DNA of 40,028 nt, taken from NCBI GenBank assembly GCA_018816815.1, contig JAHIVD010000019.1:1-40028 (forward strand). The letters run 5' to 3'. How positions within the stretch are numbered: position 1 is the first letter of the stretch; each line of letters starts with the position of its first letter. Under the pieces are notes generated by a model. That model was not told the origin of the DNA. It searched no databases and saw only the letters and a program-made list of their open reading frames with translations. The DNA comes from Patescibacteria group bacterium. Its GTDB lineage: Bacteria; Patescibacteriota; Microgenomatia; Daviesbacterales; UBA10151. This document shows, in pieces, positions 18,567-25,957 of this stretch. A program made the translations under genes and the position numbers.

Positions 18567-18598
18567 ATATTTTACTTTCTCTCTATGTTTTATGCCAT

Positions 18599-18620
18599 AA
18601 AAAAACCCTCTTTCGAGGGG
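18599..18620 (-). terminator. Intrinsic terminator hairpin (CCCUC GAAA GAGGG plus U7) 33 nt upstream of the GNAT-like gene ATG
   Basis: Hand fold. It also reads as a hairpin plus T-run on the plus strand, so it could act in both directions. Confidence 0.55.
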
Positions 18621-18733
18621 TTTTTGTGCGAAATTTATGGTTTAAATTACGCTACCAATACCCCTCTTTGAACGGTTTTTTGTTTTTTATTAACAGTTGC
18701 TAAACAAAAGACATTATTCATAATAACCATCAA

Positions 18734-18762
18734 ATTATCATAAAAATTTACTCTTTTGTCAA
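18734..18762 (-). promoter_or_regulatory. Sigma70-like promoter: TTGACA, 17-nt spacer, GATAAT
   Basis: -35 at 18757-18762 and -10 at 18734-18739 on the minus strand. This predicts a leader of about 160 nt ahead of the GNAT-like gene. Confidence 0.45.
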
Positions 18763-18833
18763 CAACCGCTTGTGCTGTTAAGCAAACTCTAAACTGTTGC
18801 ACACAAACGAACTCTGAAATTTTACAATATCCT

Positions 18834-18872
18834 CACTTTCTAATGAAAGGAGGTAATGATATAAATTTAAAG
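18834..18872 (+). repeat. Copy A of a roughly 40-nt segment shared with 21266-21305
   Basis: CACTTTCTAATGAAAGGAGGTAATGATATAAATTTAAAG versus CACTTTCCAATCAAGGAGGTAATGTAGATAAAAAGGAAAG: about 31 of 40 positions match by hand alignment. Part of the match is a generic RBS plus ATG. Confidence 0.35.
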
Positions 18873-19059
18873 ACAAAATATAAAACCATTAGAGTAACTG
18901 TTAAAACGGGATTGCTGAGCTAGTCTGGTAAGGAAACTCTAACCTTAAAAGTTTAGCCAGATCTTTAAATAAATAATTGAATGAATATAGTTTGGTTAGA
19001 ATTTCTCATGATTTAATACACGATTGACCGTACTTCTCTTTTCAACTCAAATCTAAAAT

Positions 19060-20532
19060 TTATCTTCTATCTGGCAATCTTGAAGATCGTAAGGTCGGAA
19101 AATAAATCACTTGTCTAATATGGGAAGCGTTGGTTAAAAGCATAGTCCACCTGTCAATCGATATGCCAATACCCGCTTGCGGAGGCATGCCATATTCCAA
19201 AGCCCTGATAAAATCTTCATCATATGGCATAGCTTCCATGTCCCCAGCTTGATTCTTCTGTCTTTCCAGTTCAAACCTAGCTTGTTGATCTCTGGGATCA
19301 TTAAGTTCGGTATAGCAATTTGCTGTTTCCATACCGCCAACAAAAAGCTCGAATCTTTCGACTAATTCCGGATTATCTCTATGACGTTTTGCTAAAACAC
19401 TTGTGTCTGCTGGAAAATCCATTACAAAAGTAGGCTGTATTAACTCTTTTTCCCAAAGTTGTTCGAACAATTCCAAACATACAGCCCCCTTCGTAACTCC
19501 TTCAATCTGTAATCCCAATCGTCGACCTGCTCTTTGCAATTCTTCTATAGACGCAGTCTCAGGATGAACACTAAGTTTCTGTCGAATTCCATCATATACG
19601 GTCAACCTTCTCCATGGTTTTGAATAGTCAATTATATGCTCGTTAAAAGGCGCTTCTATACCATGATGGACATATTCTACTATTCCACCCATTAATTCTT
19701 CTGTCATATCCATCATTTTGCGATAATCCCACCAAGGTTTGTACAGTTCTACTTGAGTAAATTCCGGATTGTGAGTTCTATCCATTCCTTCATTCCGGAA
19801 ATCCCTCGAGAATTCAAAAACACCTTCGTAATAACCACCTACGGTCATGCGCTTTAAGGCTAACTCATTGGCAATTCTTAAATAGAAGGCTTGGTTTAAA
19901 GCATTATGATGGGTAATAAACGGTTTCGCATTAGCACCTCCATAAGTTGAATCTAAAATGGGGGTTTCCATTTCTAAACAACCCATATTAAGAAAGTGCT
20001 GTCTCATCTCTTGCACCATTTGTGAACGTATTTTGAATCTATTCCTTGCCTCGGCATCTACTAAAGTATGTAGATATCGTTGTCTCTGTTGAGTCTCAGG
20101 ATCTGCTATGGTATGTGGTGCGACTCTTAAAGCTTTTGCTAGCATTGAAACCTCCTCTGCCCAAACAGATATCTCTCCTGCTTTAGTAGCTTCTAAGATC
20201 CCTGTAGCGCCAATGAAATCGCCTACTCCAAAGTAGTTTCTCACAAACGGGTAAAAATCTTTTAAAACATCTCTTTGTAGTACTACTTGAATAAGTGCAG
20301 ACCCGTCGTCAATATGCGCAAAGGTTAAACCACCGTGCACCCGTTTGGAAAGCATTCTACCTACCGCGCTTACAGTAGATCCGGATAAATCTTCAAAACC
20401 TTCTATGAGTGCAATATTCCTATGCGTCCTTTTTGGCGGTTCTGCAGGAAATGAATTAATACCTGCCTGTTCTAAAAGCTCTACGTGAACTAGTCTTTGC
20501 GAGTACTCTGAAGAATCAGTCTCTGGCGACAT
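19060..20532 (-). CDS. lysS: Lysyl-tRNA synthetase, class II
   Basis: The class IIb core is present: FYLRIANELALKRMTVGGYYEGVFEFSRDFRNEGMDRTHNPEFTQVELY. The N-terminal OB fold and motif 3 region (GIGISIDRW) are also recognisable. Confidence 0.95.
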   Translation of the reverse strand: MSPETDSSEYSQRLVHVELLEQAGINSFPAEPPKRTHRNIALIEGFEDLSGSTVSAVGRMLSKRVHGGLTFAHIDDGSALIQVVLQRDVLKDFYPFVRNYFGVGDFIGATGILEATKAGEISVWAEEVSMLAKALRVAPHTIADPETQQRQRYLHTLVDAEARNRFKIRSQMVQEMRQHFLNMGCLEMETPILDSTYGGANAKPFITHHNALNQAFYLRIANELALKRMTVGGYYEGVFEFSRDFRNEGMDRTHNPEFTQVELYKPWWDYRKMMDMTEELMGGIVEYVHHGIEAPFNEHIIDYSKPWRRLTVYDGIRQKLSVHPETASIEELQRAGRRLGLQIEGVTKGAVCLELFEQLWEKELIQPTFVMDFPADTSVLAKRHRDNPELVERFELFVGGMETANCYTELNDPRDQQARFELERQKNQAGDMEAMPYDEDFIRALEYGMPPQAGIGISIDRWTMLLTNASHIRQVIYFPTLRSSRLPDRR

Positions 20533-21166
20533 ATTGTTTGAAGACAGCTAACATTCCCACCAAATAATCCATTTCCGCAAATCTTACACGACTGATCCGA
20601 GGCTTACCTAAGTAATTATCTAAACAAAGGGTATCAAGTCTGGTTGATCCACCGCTGAGTGTTCCTGGCACCTCATAGTCTCCGCCAGGAAGACTGACAA
20701 AACCCCTAGCAAGAATGGCTGCAGTATCTGTGCTTATACCTTCAAATGGGGTTGCCGGCCTCATGCAGGCAGATAAACTGGTAACTGCTTCTTGATAATT
20801 ATCACTATTCAAAAACGGACCTTCGTTAGGGCTAAAGACTTTTAGCCAAACAGCATGCGGTTGTTCACCCGAGCGATGTTTAATCTTATAAAAAATTCCT
20901 GGATCTAGAGTAATTCCTAGAAGCTCAAGCTGTCTAGCGAATGGAATTCTTTCGTCTACCAATCCCAGCAATGCTCCTTCGGGGGCACTTCCGCAACTTA
21001 CAATATCTTCAATCGCATTTCCGAAAGAGCTTCTGTACTCCGCTGCTTCCATTCCAAGTTCTTGAGGAAAACCTCTTGCTATTCTTGTGCTTATTAAAAA
21101 TTGACAACAATTTCTTGTCTGAGCTTCCGAAGTATAACTAGTTATGTTTAACAATTCTCGAGTCAT
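20516..21166 (-). CDS. Hypothetical 216-aa protein translationally coupled to lysS (17-nt overlap)
   Basis: Long ORF with no motif I recognise, Arg-rich like lysS, and preceded by its own near-consensus promoter. Confidence 0.55.
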   Translation of the reverse strand: MTRELLNITSYTSEAQTRNCCQFLISTRIARGFPQELGMEAAEYRSSFGNAIEDIVSCGSAPEGALLGLVDERIPFARQLELLGITLDPGIFYKIKHRSGEQPHAVWLKVFSPNEGPFLNSDNYQEAVTSLSACMRPATPFEGISTDTAAILARGFVSLPGGDYEVPGTLSGGSTRLDTLCLDNYLGKPRISRVRFAEMDYLVGMLAVFKQYVARD

Positions 21167-21190
21167 TTATAAAATGAGACAGTTTCATAA

Positions 21191-21218
21191 ACTATATCAT
21201 AAAAATGATAATTGTCAA
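21191..21218 (-). promoter_or_regulatory. Sigma70-like promoter: TTGACA, 16-nt spacer, TATAGT, for the unknown-ORF/lysS pair
   Basis: -35 at 21213-21218 and -10 at 21191-21196 on the minus strand, 24 nt upstream of the ATG at 21166. Confidence 0.45.
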
Positions 21219-21265
21219 ATTATGTAATACTGTAATACGAAATCTAAAATGTCCTAATCCACAAT

Positions 21266-21305
21266 CACTTTCCAATCAAGGAGGTAATGTAGATAAAAAG
21301 GAAAG
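21266..21305 (+). repeat. Copy B of the roughly 40-nt segment shared with 18834-18872
   Basis: See copy A. Here it forms the 5' end of the transposase remnant. Confidence 0.35.
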
Positions 21306-21720
21306 AGTTAGTTTTTAAACAAAAGGTAATTGGTAAACTGATCAAAGATAGAATTAACAGAAAAGAAGCTGGTGAGCTGCTTGAATGTTCAGATAAAACA
21401 ATGTCCAGATATCTGATTAAAGCTACCAAAGGTGGTTTAGTGGAGTTGAAGGATAAAAGACACACGGTAACCAATCACAAACTAACTTTTAAACAACTCC
21501 TAGAGGTCTTAAGGACTAAAAGAGAATGGCCCCTGAAGATCAGGAAGAAAAACATTGGAGATAGTAAATATTCCAAATATCTCCACCAGAAGAGTCCAAC
21601 AGATTTGGGTGGAACATGGTTTGAATTAACTAAATGTTGAAAGATTAAAACCAATTACCAGGTTTGTTTCAAAAAAGCCTAATGATTTATAGCAAAATTA
21701 CTTCTATCACTGTTTTTAAT
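21287..21720 (+). pseudogene. Remnant of a DDE/integrase-type transposase: N-terminal HTH region only, with stops and a frameshift
   Basis: The frame starts ATG TAG, then KRKELVFKQKVIGKLIKDRINRKEAGELLECSDKTMSRYLIKATKGGLVELKDKRH, an HTH like the IS481/ISNCY N-termini as I remember them. A shifted frame reads KKPNDL*Q, resembling the PN.LWQ.D start of the catalytic core. The rest of the gene is absent. Confidence 0.55.
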
Positions 21721-21782
21721 CTAACCAAGAAGTTTACACTAATATTCTACTATAGGCTTACAAAAGATCAAGTGTTTGGAGA

Positions 21783-23096
21783 TTATTCAAGCTTATCTCT
21801 AAACTGATCATAGCTTGTAGGAATAACTTCATAGTTTCTGGTTTCATATGAATTTTCCTTTATAGTTATCTTTTGGTTTTCTTTTAGATCTTTTTTTAGA
21901 ACAACTCCTGGACCAACTAAAGAATTTTCTCCAATCCGTACTCCTGGCATGGTTGAAGCATTCACTCCAATTCTTACTCCAAATCCGCAAATCAAGCCTA
22001 ATTTATGCCGACTGGAATCAATTTTTTCTTTGCCTATTCTGATTGTGCGATTATCCAACCTTAAATTTGCTAAAACTGCGCCTGATCCCATACCAAAGTC
22101 CCCTTCTAAAACAGAATCTCCTACATAATTTGTATGAAACCAGGAATCTGCACCAATATAACTTCTGGTGATATCAGAATTAAAACCAGTCACACAGTCT
22201 TTTTCCAAAATAGATTCCCGTACAAAAGAATTATTACCAATAATGCAATTTTTCCCTATGAAGGCCGGACCTTTAACTATTGCTCCTTCAAATATCTTAA
22301 CTCCGTCCTCAACAACAATATTACCTTCTATTATTGCTTTATCTGATATTTTTGCAGTTTTAGAGATTCTACGTTTCAGTTTTGACAAAAGATAAGCTGC
22401 AGTATCCAAAATATGCCAAGGATATTTTAAAGGAACCCAAGCCCCATCATAATTTACAAACCTTAAATCTATTTTGTCTTTAATCATTTGATCCAAAGCC
22501 ACTTCATACCGGTCATCTTTTTCTGAAGATACTTTTTCCAGATACGAAACAAGGAGTTTGCCGTCTTTAAAGCAATCAACTACCAGTTTAACCAAATCAG
22601 AAGGTTCTTTGCCTTTTCCTGGCTTTTCCACTATCCCCTTTACTTTGCCGTTCCTTAGTGAAGTCGAAGAACTATTCCCATCCAGTCTTAAATAACCTCC
22701 GGGAAAGTATTTTTTGACCTTTAACCCTGTAACCACCACATCTGCTGATACTTTTAAAATACCCTGATAAACCGATTGGTCCAATACATCTTCGGCATTA
22801 ACCACCAAAATCTCCCCATCTAGCTCCTCTTTGGCAGAAAGTAAAGCATCAGCCATACCTGTAGGGTTTTTTTGAATAACAATTTTATAGGAAAGACCCA
22901 GATTTCTGGCAACACTTTCTACCCCGTCCTGGTTCCTGGAAGAAGCAATAATCACAAATTCCCCGTCTAAATTTTCTTTGATCTTTTTTAAATTATGGTA
23001 TAGCAGGGGTTGACCTAAAAAAGGGATCAAACACTTGTCAGTCTGAATCGGCCACATTCTCTTGCCTTCTCCTGCTGCTAAAACAATTATTTTCAT
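21783..23096 (-). CDS. Sugar-phosphate nucleotidyltransferase fused to a left-handed beta-helix (hexapeptide) domain, GlmU/GCD1-like
   Basis: MKIIVLAAGEGKRMWP matches the nucleotidyltransferase G-loop. The C-terminal half has imperfect hexapeptide repeats (IGKNCIIGNNSFV, IGENSLVGPGVVL). Confidence 0.85.
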   Translation of the reverse strand: MKIIVLAAGEGKRMWPIQTDKCLIPFLGQPLLYHNLKKIKENLDGEFVIIASSRNQDGVESVARNLGLSYKIVIQKNPTGMADALLSAKEELDGEILVVNAEDVLDQSVYQGILKVSADVVVTGLKVKKYFPGGYLRLDGNSSSTSLRNGKVKGIVEKPGKGKEPSDLVKLVVDCFKDGKLLVSYLEKVSSEKDDRYEVALDQMIKDKIDLRFVNYDGAWVPLKYPWHILDTAAYLLSKLKRRISKTAKISDKAIIEGNIVVEDGVKIFEGAIVKGPAFIGKNCIIGNNSFVRESILEKDCVTGFNSDITRSYIGADSWFHTNYVGDSVLEGDFGMGSGAVLANLRLDNRTIRIGKEKIDSSRHKLGLICGFGVRIGVNASTMPGVRIGENSLVGPGVVLKKDLKENQKITIKENSYETRNYEVIPTSYDQFRDKLE

Positions 23097-23214
23097 ATTT
23101 ATGTTTCTGTCCTTCGATCTTTCCTATTCCGCACACTAGCACAAGACAAACTATAGTGAGGACCCATTTACAGTACTATTTTATGAATCCCGCATCAAGT
23201 GCAGATAGCGCTTG

Positions 23215-23288
23215 TAGCAGGGGTGGGGATCGAACCCACGACCTCTTCGTTATGATTGAAGCGCTCTAACCAACTGAGCTACCCTGCC
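23215..23288 (-). tRNA. tRNA with anticodon CAU (elongator Met or Ile2; not distinguishable here), no encoded CCA
   Basis: Hand-folded cloverleaf: GGCAGGG/CCCUGCU acceptor (G1-U72), GCUC/GAGC D stem, loop AUCAUAA, GUGGG/CCCAC T stem with UUCGAUC loop. Positions 31-39 form an A-C mismatch. Confidence 0.85.
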
Positions 23289-23307
23289 TTACAGATCAAA
23301 TTGTACC

Positions 23308-23332
23308 AAAAAAGCCTCCTGATCTCCAGGAG
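23308..23332 (-). terminator. Rho-independent terminator downstream of the toxin gene (CUCCUG GAGAU CAGGAG GC U6)
   Basis: Hand fold of the minus-strand RNA. Confidence 0.55.
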
Positions 23333-23369
23333 ACTTTACTGTGTTACGGAGGTAAAATGCTGATAAAAC

Positions 23370-23645
23370 TTACTTTTTCCTATAAACTTCATTGTGAGTA
23401 CCCATCTTATAAAAATAGAGTTCGTCATCAGTTTCTGTATAGAGCATTCTAAAGTTTCTATTGATAGATATACTCCAGGTATTTTCAACTTTCCCAGTTA
23501 TTCTATGAAGTCTCAAGGATTTGATTTCAGGATTTTGTTGCAATAGATTTAATTGTTTAAGGATTTGTTTGTAGAACTTACTATCTCTTTTCTTAATCTC
23601 ATTTAACTGTTTAAGAATATCCGGGCTAAATTTTAAAGGCTTCAC
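23370..23645 (-). CDS. RelE/ParE-superfamily toxin
   Basis: 91 aa. The pattern LRLHRITGKVENTWSISINRNFRMLYTE...LYFYKMGTH matches RelE/ParE-like toxins. It overlaps the upstream antitoxin gene by 4 nt. Confidence 0.65.
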   Translation of the reverse strand: MKPLKFSPDILKQLNEIKKRDSKFYKQILKQLNLLQQNPEIKSLRLHRITGKVENTWSISINRNFRMLYTETDDELYFYKMGTHNEVYRKK

Positions 23646-23905
23646 AAATTATTAAGATACTTATCCAACTCAGCGGTACTATTGAATGTAACTGCTTGAT
23701 CTTTATTCTTTAAAGCTTTTTTATATGCTTTTATTGTTCTAACAGATGCTTCAAAAGTAGGATATTCCATATCTGCCACGTCTTTGAGTATTAAGTGTTT
23801 GATATATCCTGCCAAAGGCATACCAAATTTGCTGGCTTTACTTTCCAGAAAATCTTTTAGAACCAAGGGTAAATTTAGTTTGATTTGGGCTTGTTGAGTA
23901 ATCAT
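23642..23905 (-). CDS. Cognate antitoxin (RHH/Phd-like, type uncertain)
   Basis: 87 aa, directly upstream of and overlapping the toxin gene. The segment LPLVLKDFLESKASKFGMPLAGYIKHLILKD looks like a DNA-binding N-terminus. Confidence 0.55.
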   Translation of the reverse strand: MITQQAQIKLNLPLVLKDFLESKASKFGMPLAGYIKHLILKDVADMEYPTFEASVRTIKAYKKALKNKDQAVTFNSTAELDKYLNNL

Positions 23906-24216
23906 GAACCTAGCATATCACCAATTTCAGGACTTTTCAAGGACTAAAGTAAGTAACCCTCTCTTGCGTAATGATTGAGCAAAAAACTTGGATGAAAGTT
24001 GAGGATAGTTGTATTGCGGGATTTGTACGATGATGGTTATAACATTACAGTTCTTATGGTTAAATTTAAACCAAATATACTTAGGGGGACATTTAACAAG
24101 CAAAATACAACTTCTTTACAAACAAACCTGCACGACACAGCTTTATGTATGTATAGTTTTTTCCAATGTCTAGAAAAAAGAAAAATCCCGCATAAAGCAG
24201 GATAATTTTCTTTTTG

Positions 24217-24476
24217 TTGCGGGGGTGGGAATTGAACCCACTACCTCAAGATTATGCACCTTTCCACATTACTGTAGGGGTAGGACTATATCATCATCCT
24301 TTGACAAACAAAGGGTGCCCAGCGTGTAGTCTCTACGGGGTCCTGATTTAATTAAGACTTCCCTCGGTATTGTCCTTAAAAGAAGGATTTCACCGATATA
24401 GCTAGGTTCTCTTCTAATAATTACTCATTAGAGGGCCCAATTTGAGCCTCGTGTGCAACCGTTACACTTCCCCGCA
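24217..24476 (-). tRNA. tRNA(CAU) gene interrupted by a group I intron; exon 1 is 24445-24476 and exon 2 is 24217-24256
   Basis: The joined exons give a 72-nt cloverleaf: UGCGGGG/CCCCGCA acceptor, GUGU/GCAC D stem, CGAGG/UCUUG anticodon stem, loop CUCAUAA, GUGGG/CCCAC T stem with UUCAAUU loop, discriminator A. Confidence 0.8.
24257..24444 (-). ncRNA. Group I intron (188 nt) inserted between U33 and C34 of the anticodon loop
   Basis: The 5' exon ends in U, which can pair with an internal guide (GAGGCU with GG(C)CCUC, including a U-G wobble). The intron ends in G. The core GUAGAGACUACACGCUGGGCACCC closely resembles the P7/P3/P8 core of bacterial tRNA group I introns as I recall it. Helices UCGGU/ACCGA, UCCUU/AAGGA, GUCUU/AGGAC and CCUUUG/CAAAGG can form. 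Confidence 0.75.
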
Positions 24477-24482
24477 AGAAGC

Positions 24483-24511
24483 ATTGTAGCTTTCTTTCTG
24501 ATATCTGTCAA
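24483..24511 (-). promoter_or_regulatory. Sigma70-like promoter: TTGACA, 17-nt spacer, TACAAT, ending 6 nt before the tRNA 5' end
   Basis: -35 at 24506-24511 and -10 at 24483-24488 on the minus strand. Confidence 0.5.
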
Positions 24512-24523
24512 TCAAAAATTATT

Positions 24524-24610
24524 TAATAATGAATAATGAATAAAAATAATGAATTAATAGATTTAAGGATGAATTTAAAAATTAGAGTTCATGAAAACAA
24601 TGAACTACTT
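24524..24610. repeat. AT-rich low-complexity tract with reiterated AATGAA(T) units
   Basis: TAATAATGAATAATGAATAAAAATAATGAAT, followed by further GATGAAT, CATGAAA and AATGAAC copies. It lies between the ftsB-like gene and the tRNA promoter. Confidence 0.3.
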
Positions 24611-24653
24611 AATAAAATTAAAAGATTCACTTAGGTAAAAATGAGCAGTAGCG

Positions 24654-25004
24654 TTACTTGAAAAATACCTTTAACCAGCCTAACCAATTGGGTAATCTGA
24701 CTTCAGTTACTTGACTGGTACCAAGAACTGCTTTTATTTTTTCTGCAGGGATAACTACCACAGTCTCCCCTTTTTTAGAAAGCCCAAGCTTATTCCTGAT
24801 CTCCTCTTCTATAAATTCCTGTGACTTAACCTGAACAAGTTTATTTTTCAGCTGCTTGTTTTTAATTTCCAGCCTATAAACAGCATCTGCGGCCTCTGAC
24901 AATCTTTCCCCGGATCTGGTAGCCTCTATTATCTGGTTAATAAGATTAAAAACCATGAATAAAACTATTAAAATAACCAAACCAAATGTGATTTTTTTCA
25001 ACAT
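24654..25004 (-). CDS. Septum formation initiator (FtsB/DivIC-like)
   Basis: N-terminal TM helix, coiled coil (LEIKNKQLKNKLVQV) and an EEEIRNKLGLSKKGE tail typical of FtsB/DivIC. Confidence 0.6.
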   Translation of the reverse strand: MLKKITFGLVILIVLFMVFNLINQIIEATRSGERLSEAADAVYRLEIKNKQLKNKLVQVKSQEFIEEEIRNKLGLSKKGETVVVIPAEKIKAVLGTSQVTEVRLPNWLGWLKVFFK

Positions 25005-25089
25005 ATTTTCAATATATTTAATTAGATTTAATCATTTTTTATATCCTTATCCTTGACAAATATAACCTATAACATTAAAATGTGTTCTT

Positions 25090-25953
25090 ATGGTTTCTTT
25101 GCGCGATACATATCAACAATTCTTAAATCACCTTAAAGAACGCTCCAGAGCTTCAGCTACTATCTTAGCTTATGGCAAAGATATTGATCAACTGGTCAGT
25201 TTTTTGCAGGATTGCGGCAAAACTGAACCCAGTCAAGTTGAAACTGCTGATTTGCAAAACTTTATGGATAAACTTGCCAAAGAAAACTATACTGCAAAAT
25301 CTGTTTCCCGGAAAACAAATTCCACTAAAACCTTTTTCAAATTCCTGAAAACTTCTAATTTAATAAACTCCAATCCTGCAGTTGGTTTGGAGCATCCAAA
25401 ATTTGAGAATAAACCACCTAGAATTTTAACAAAACTAGAGTACCGGAGTCTGCGGGATGCAGCCAGATCTGATACCAGAATATCTGCAGTCATAGAATTG
25501 CTCCTTCAAACCGGCATCAGGATTGGCGAACTAGCAAAGCTGCGGGTTGAAGATATTGATTTGAATAATTTAACTCTTCATGTCCCTTTATTTGAAGATA
25601 CCCGCGAAAGAGTAATACCACTCAACAAATCAGCAGCAGAATTAGTCAAAAATTATCTTCCGAAAAGGACAAAAACCCCAAACCATGCTTTATTTGTTAC
25701 TAAAACCGGAAGACCTCTGCTTATTAGAAATATCAGAACTGCAATTGACAGATACTTTAAAATAGCAGGGATAAAAGAAACCAAGGTTAATGATTTAAGA
25801 CATACTTGGGTAGCGTATCAGCTACAAGCAGGGGTTCCTATAACATTGGTATCAAAATTAGCAGGCCACAAAAGGCTTTCAACAACCGAAAAATATCTCC
25901 AATTCCTTCAAGGCAAAACCAGCGAAGGCAAAGTTAAGCTAGAAGAACTTTAA
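25090..25953 (+). CDS. Tyrosine recombinase, XerC/XerD-like
   Basis: SAM-like N-terminal domain. The catalytic region contains TGIRIGEL, DLRHTWVAYQL and LAGHKRLSTTEKYL, giving the R-H-R-Y set. Confidence 0.85.
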   Translation: MVSLRDTYQQFLNHLKERSRASATILAYGKDIDQLVSFLQDCGKTEPSQVETADLQNFMDKLAKENYTAKSVSRKTNSTKTFFKFLKTSNLINSNPAVGLEHPKFENKPPRILTKLEYRSLRDAARSDTRISAVIELLLQTGIRIGELAKLRVEDIDLNNLTLHVPLFEDTRERVIPLNKSAAELVKNYLPKRTKTPNHALFVTKTGRPLLIRNIRTAIDRYFKIAGIKETKVNDLRHTWVAYQLQAGVPITLVSKLAGHKRLSTTEKYLQFLQGKTSEGKVKLEEL

Positions 25954-25957
25954 AAAC

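Noticed and set aside
24217-24476. Possible tmRNA (tRNA-like 5' and 3' ends separated by about 190 nt)
   Set aside because: The two halves rebuild a complete anticodon stem-loop, which tmRNA lacks. I found no tag-peptide reading frame with a resume codon, and the insert has group I intron core sequences and splice-site features.
24445-24476. Reading the 5' exon as tRNA-Leu(CAA), because the unspliced sequence shows CUCAAAU after the anticodon stem
   Set aside because: The 3' half has only a 5-nt variable loop, whereas bacterial tRNA-Leu is class II. The requirements for a U before the 5' splice site and a G before the 3' splice site give CUCAUAA, so the anticodon is CAU.
24524-24610. CRISPR-like or tandem repeat array
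   Set aside because: The units are 6-7 nt, AT-rich and irregularly spaced, with no repeat-spacer organisation. This is low-complexity promoter-proximal DNA.
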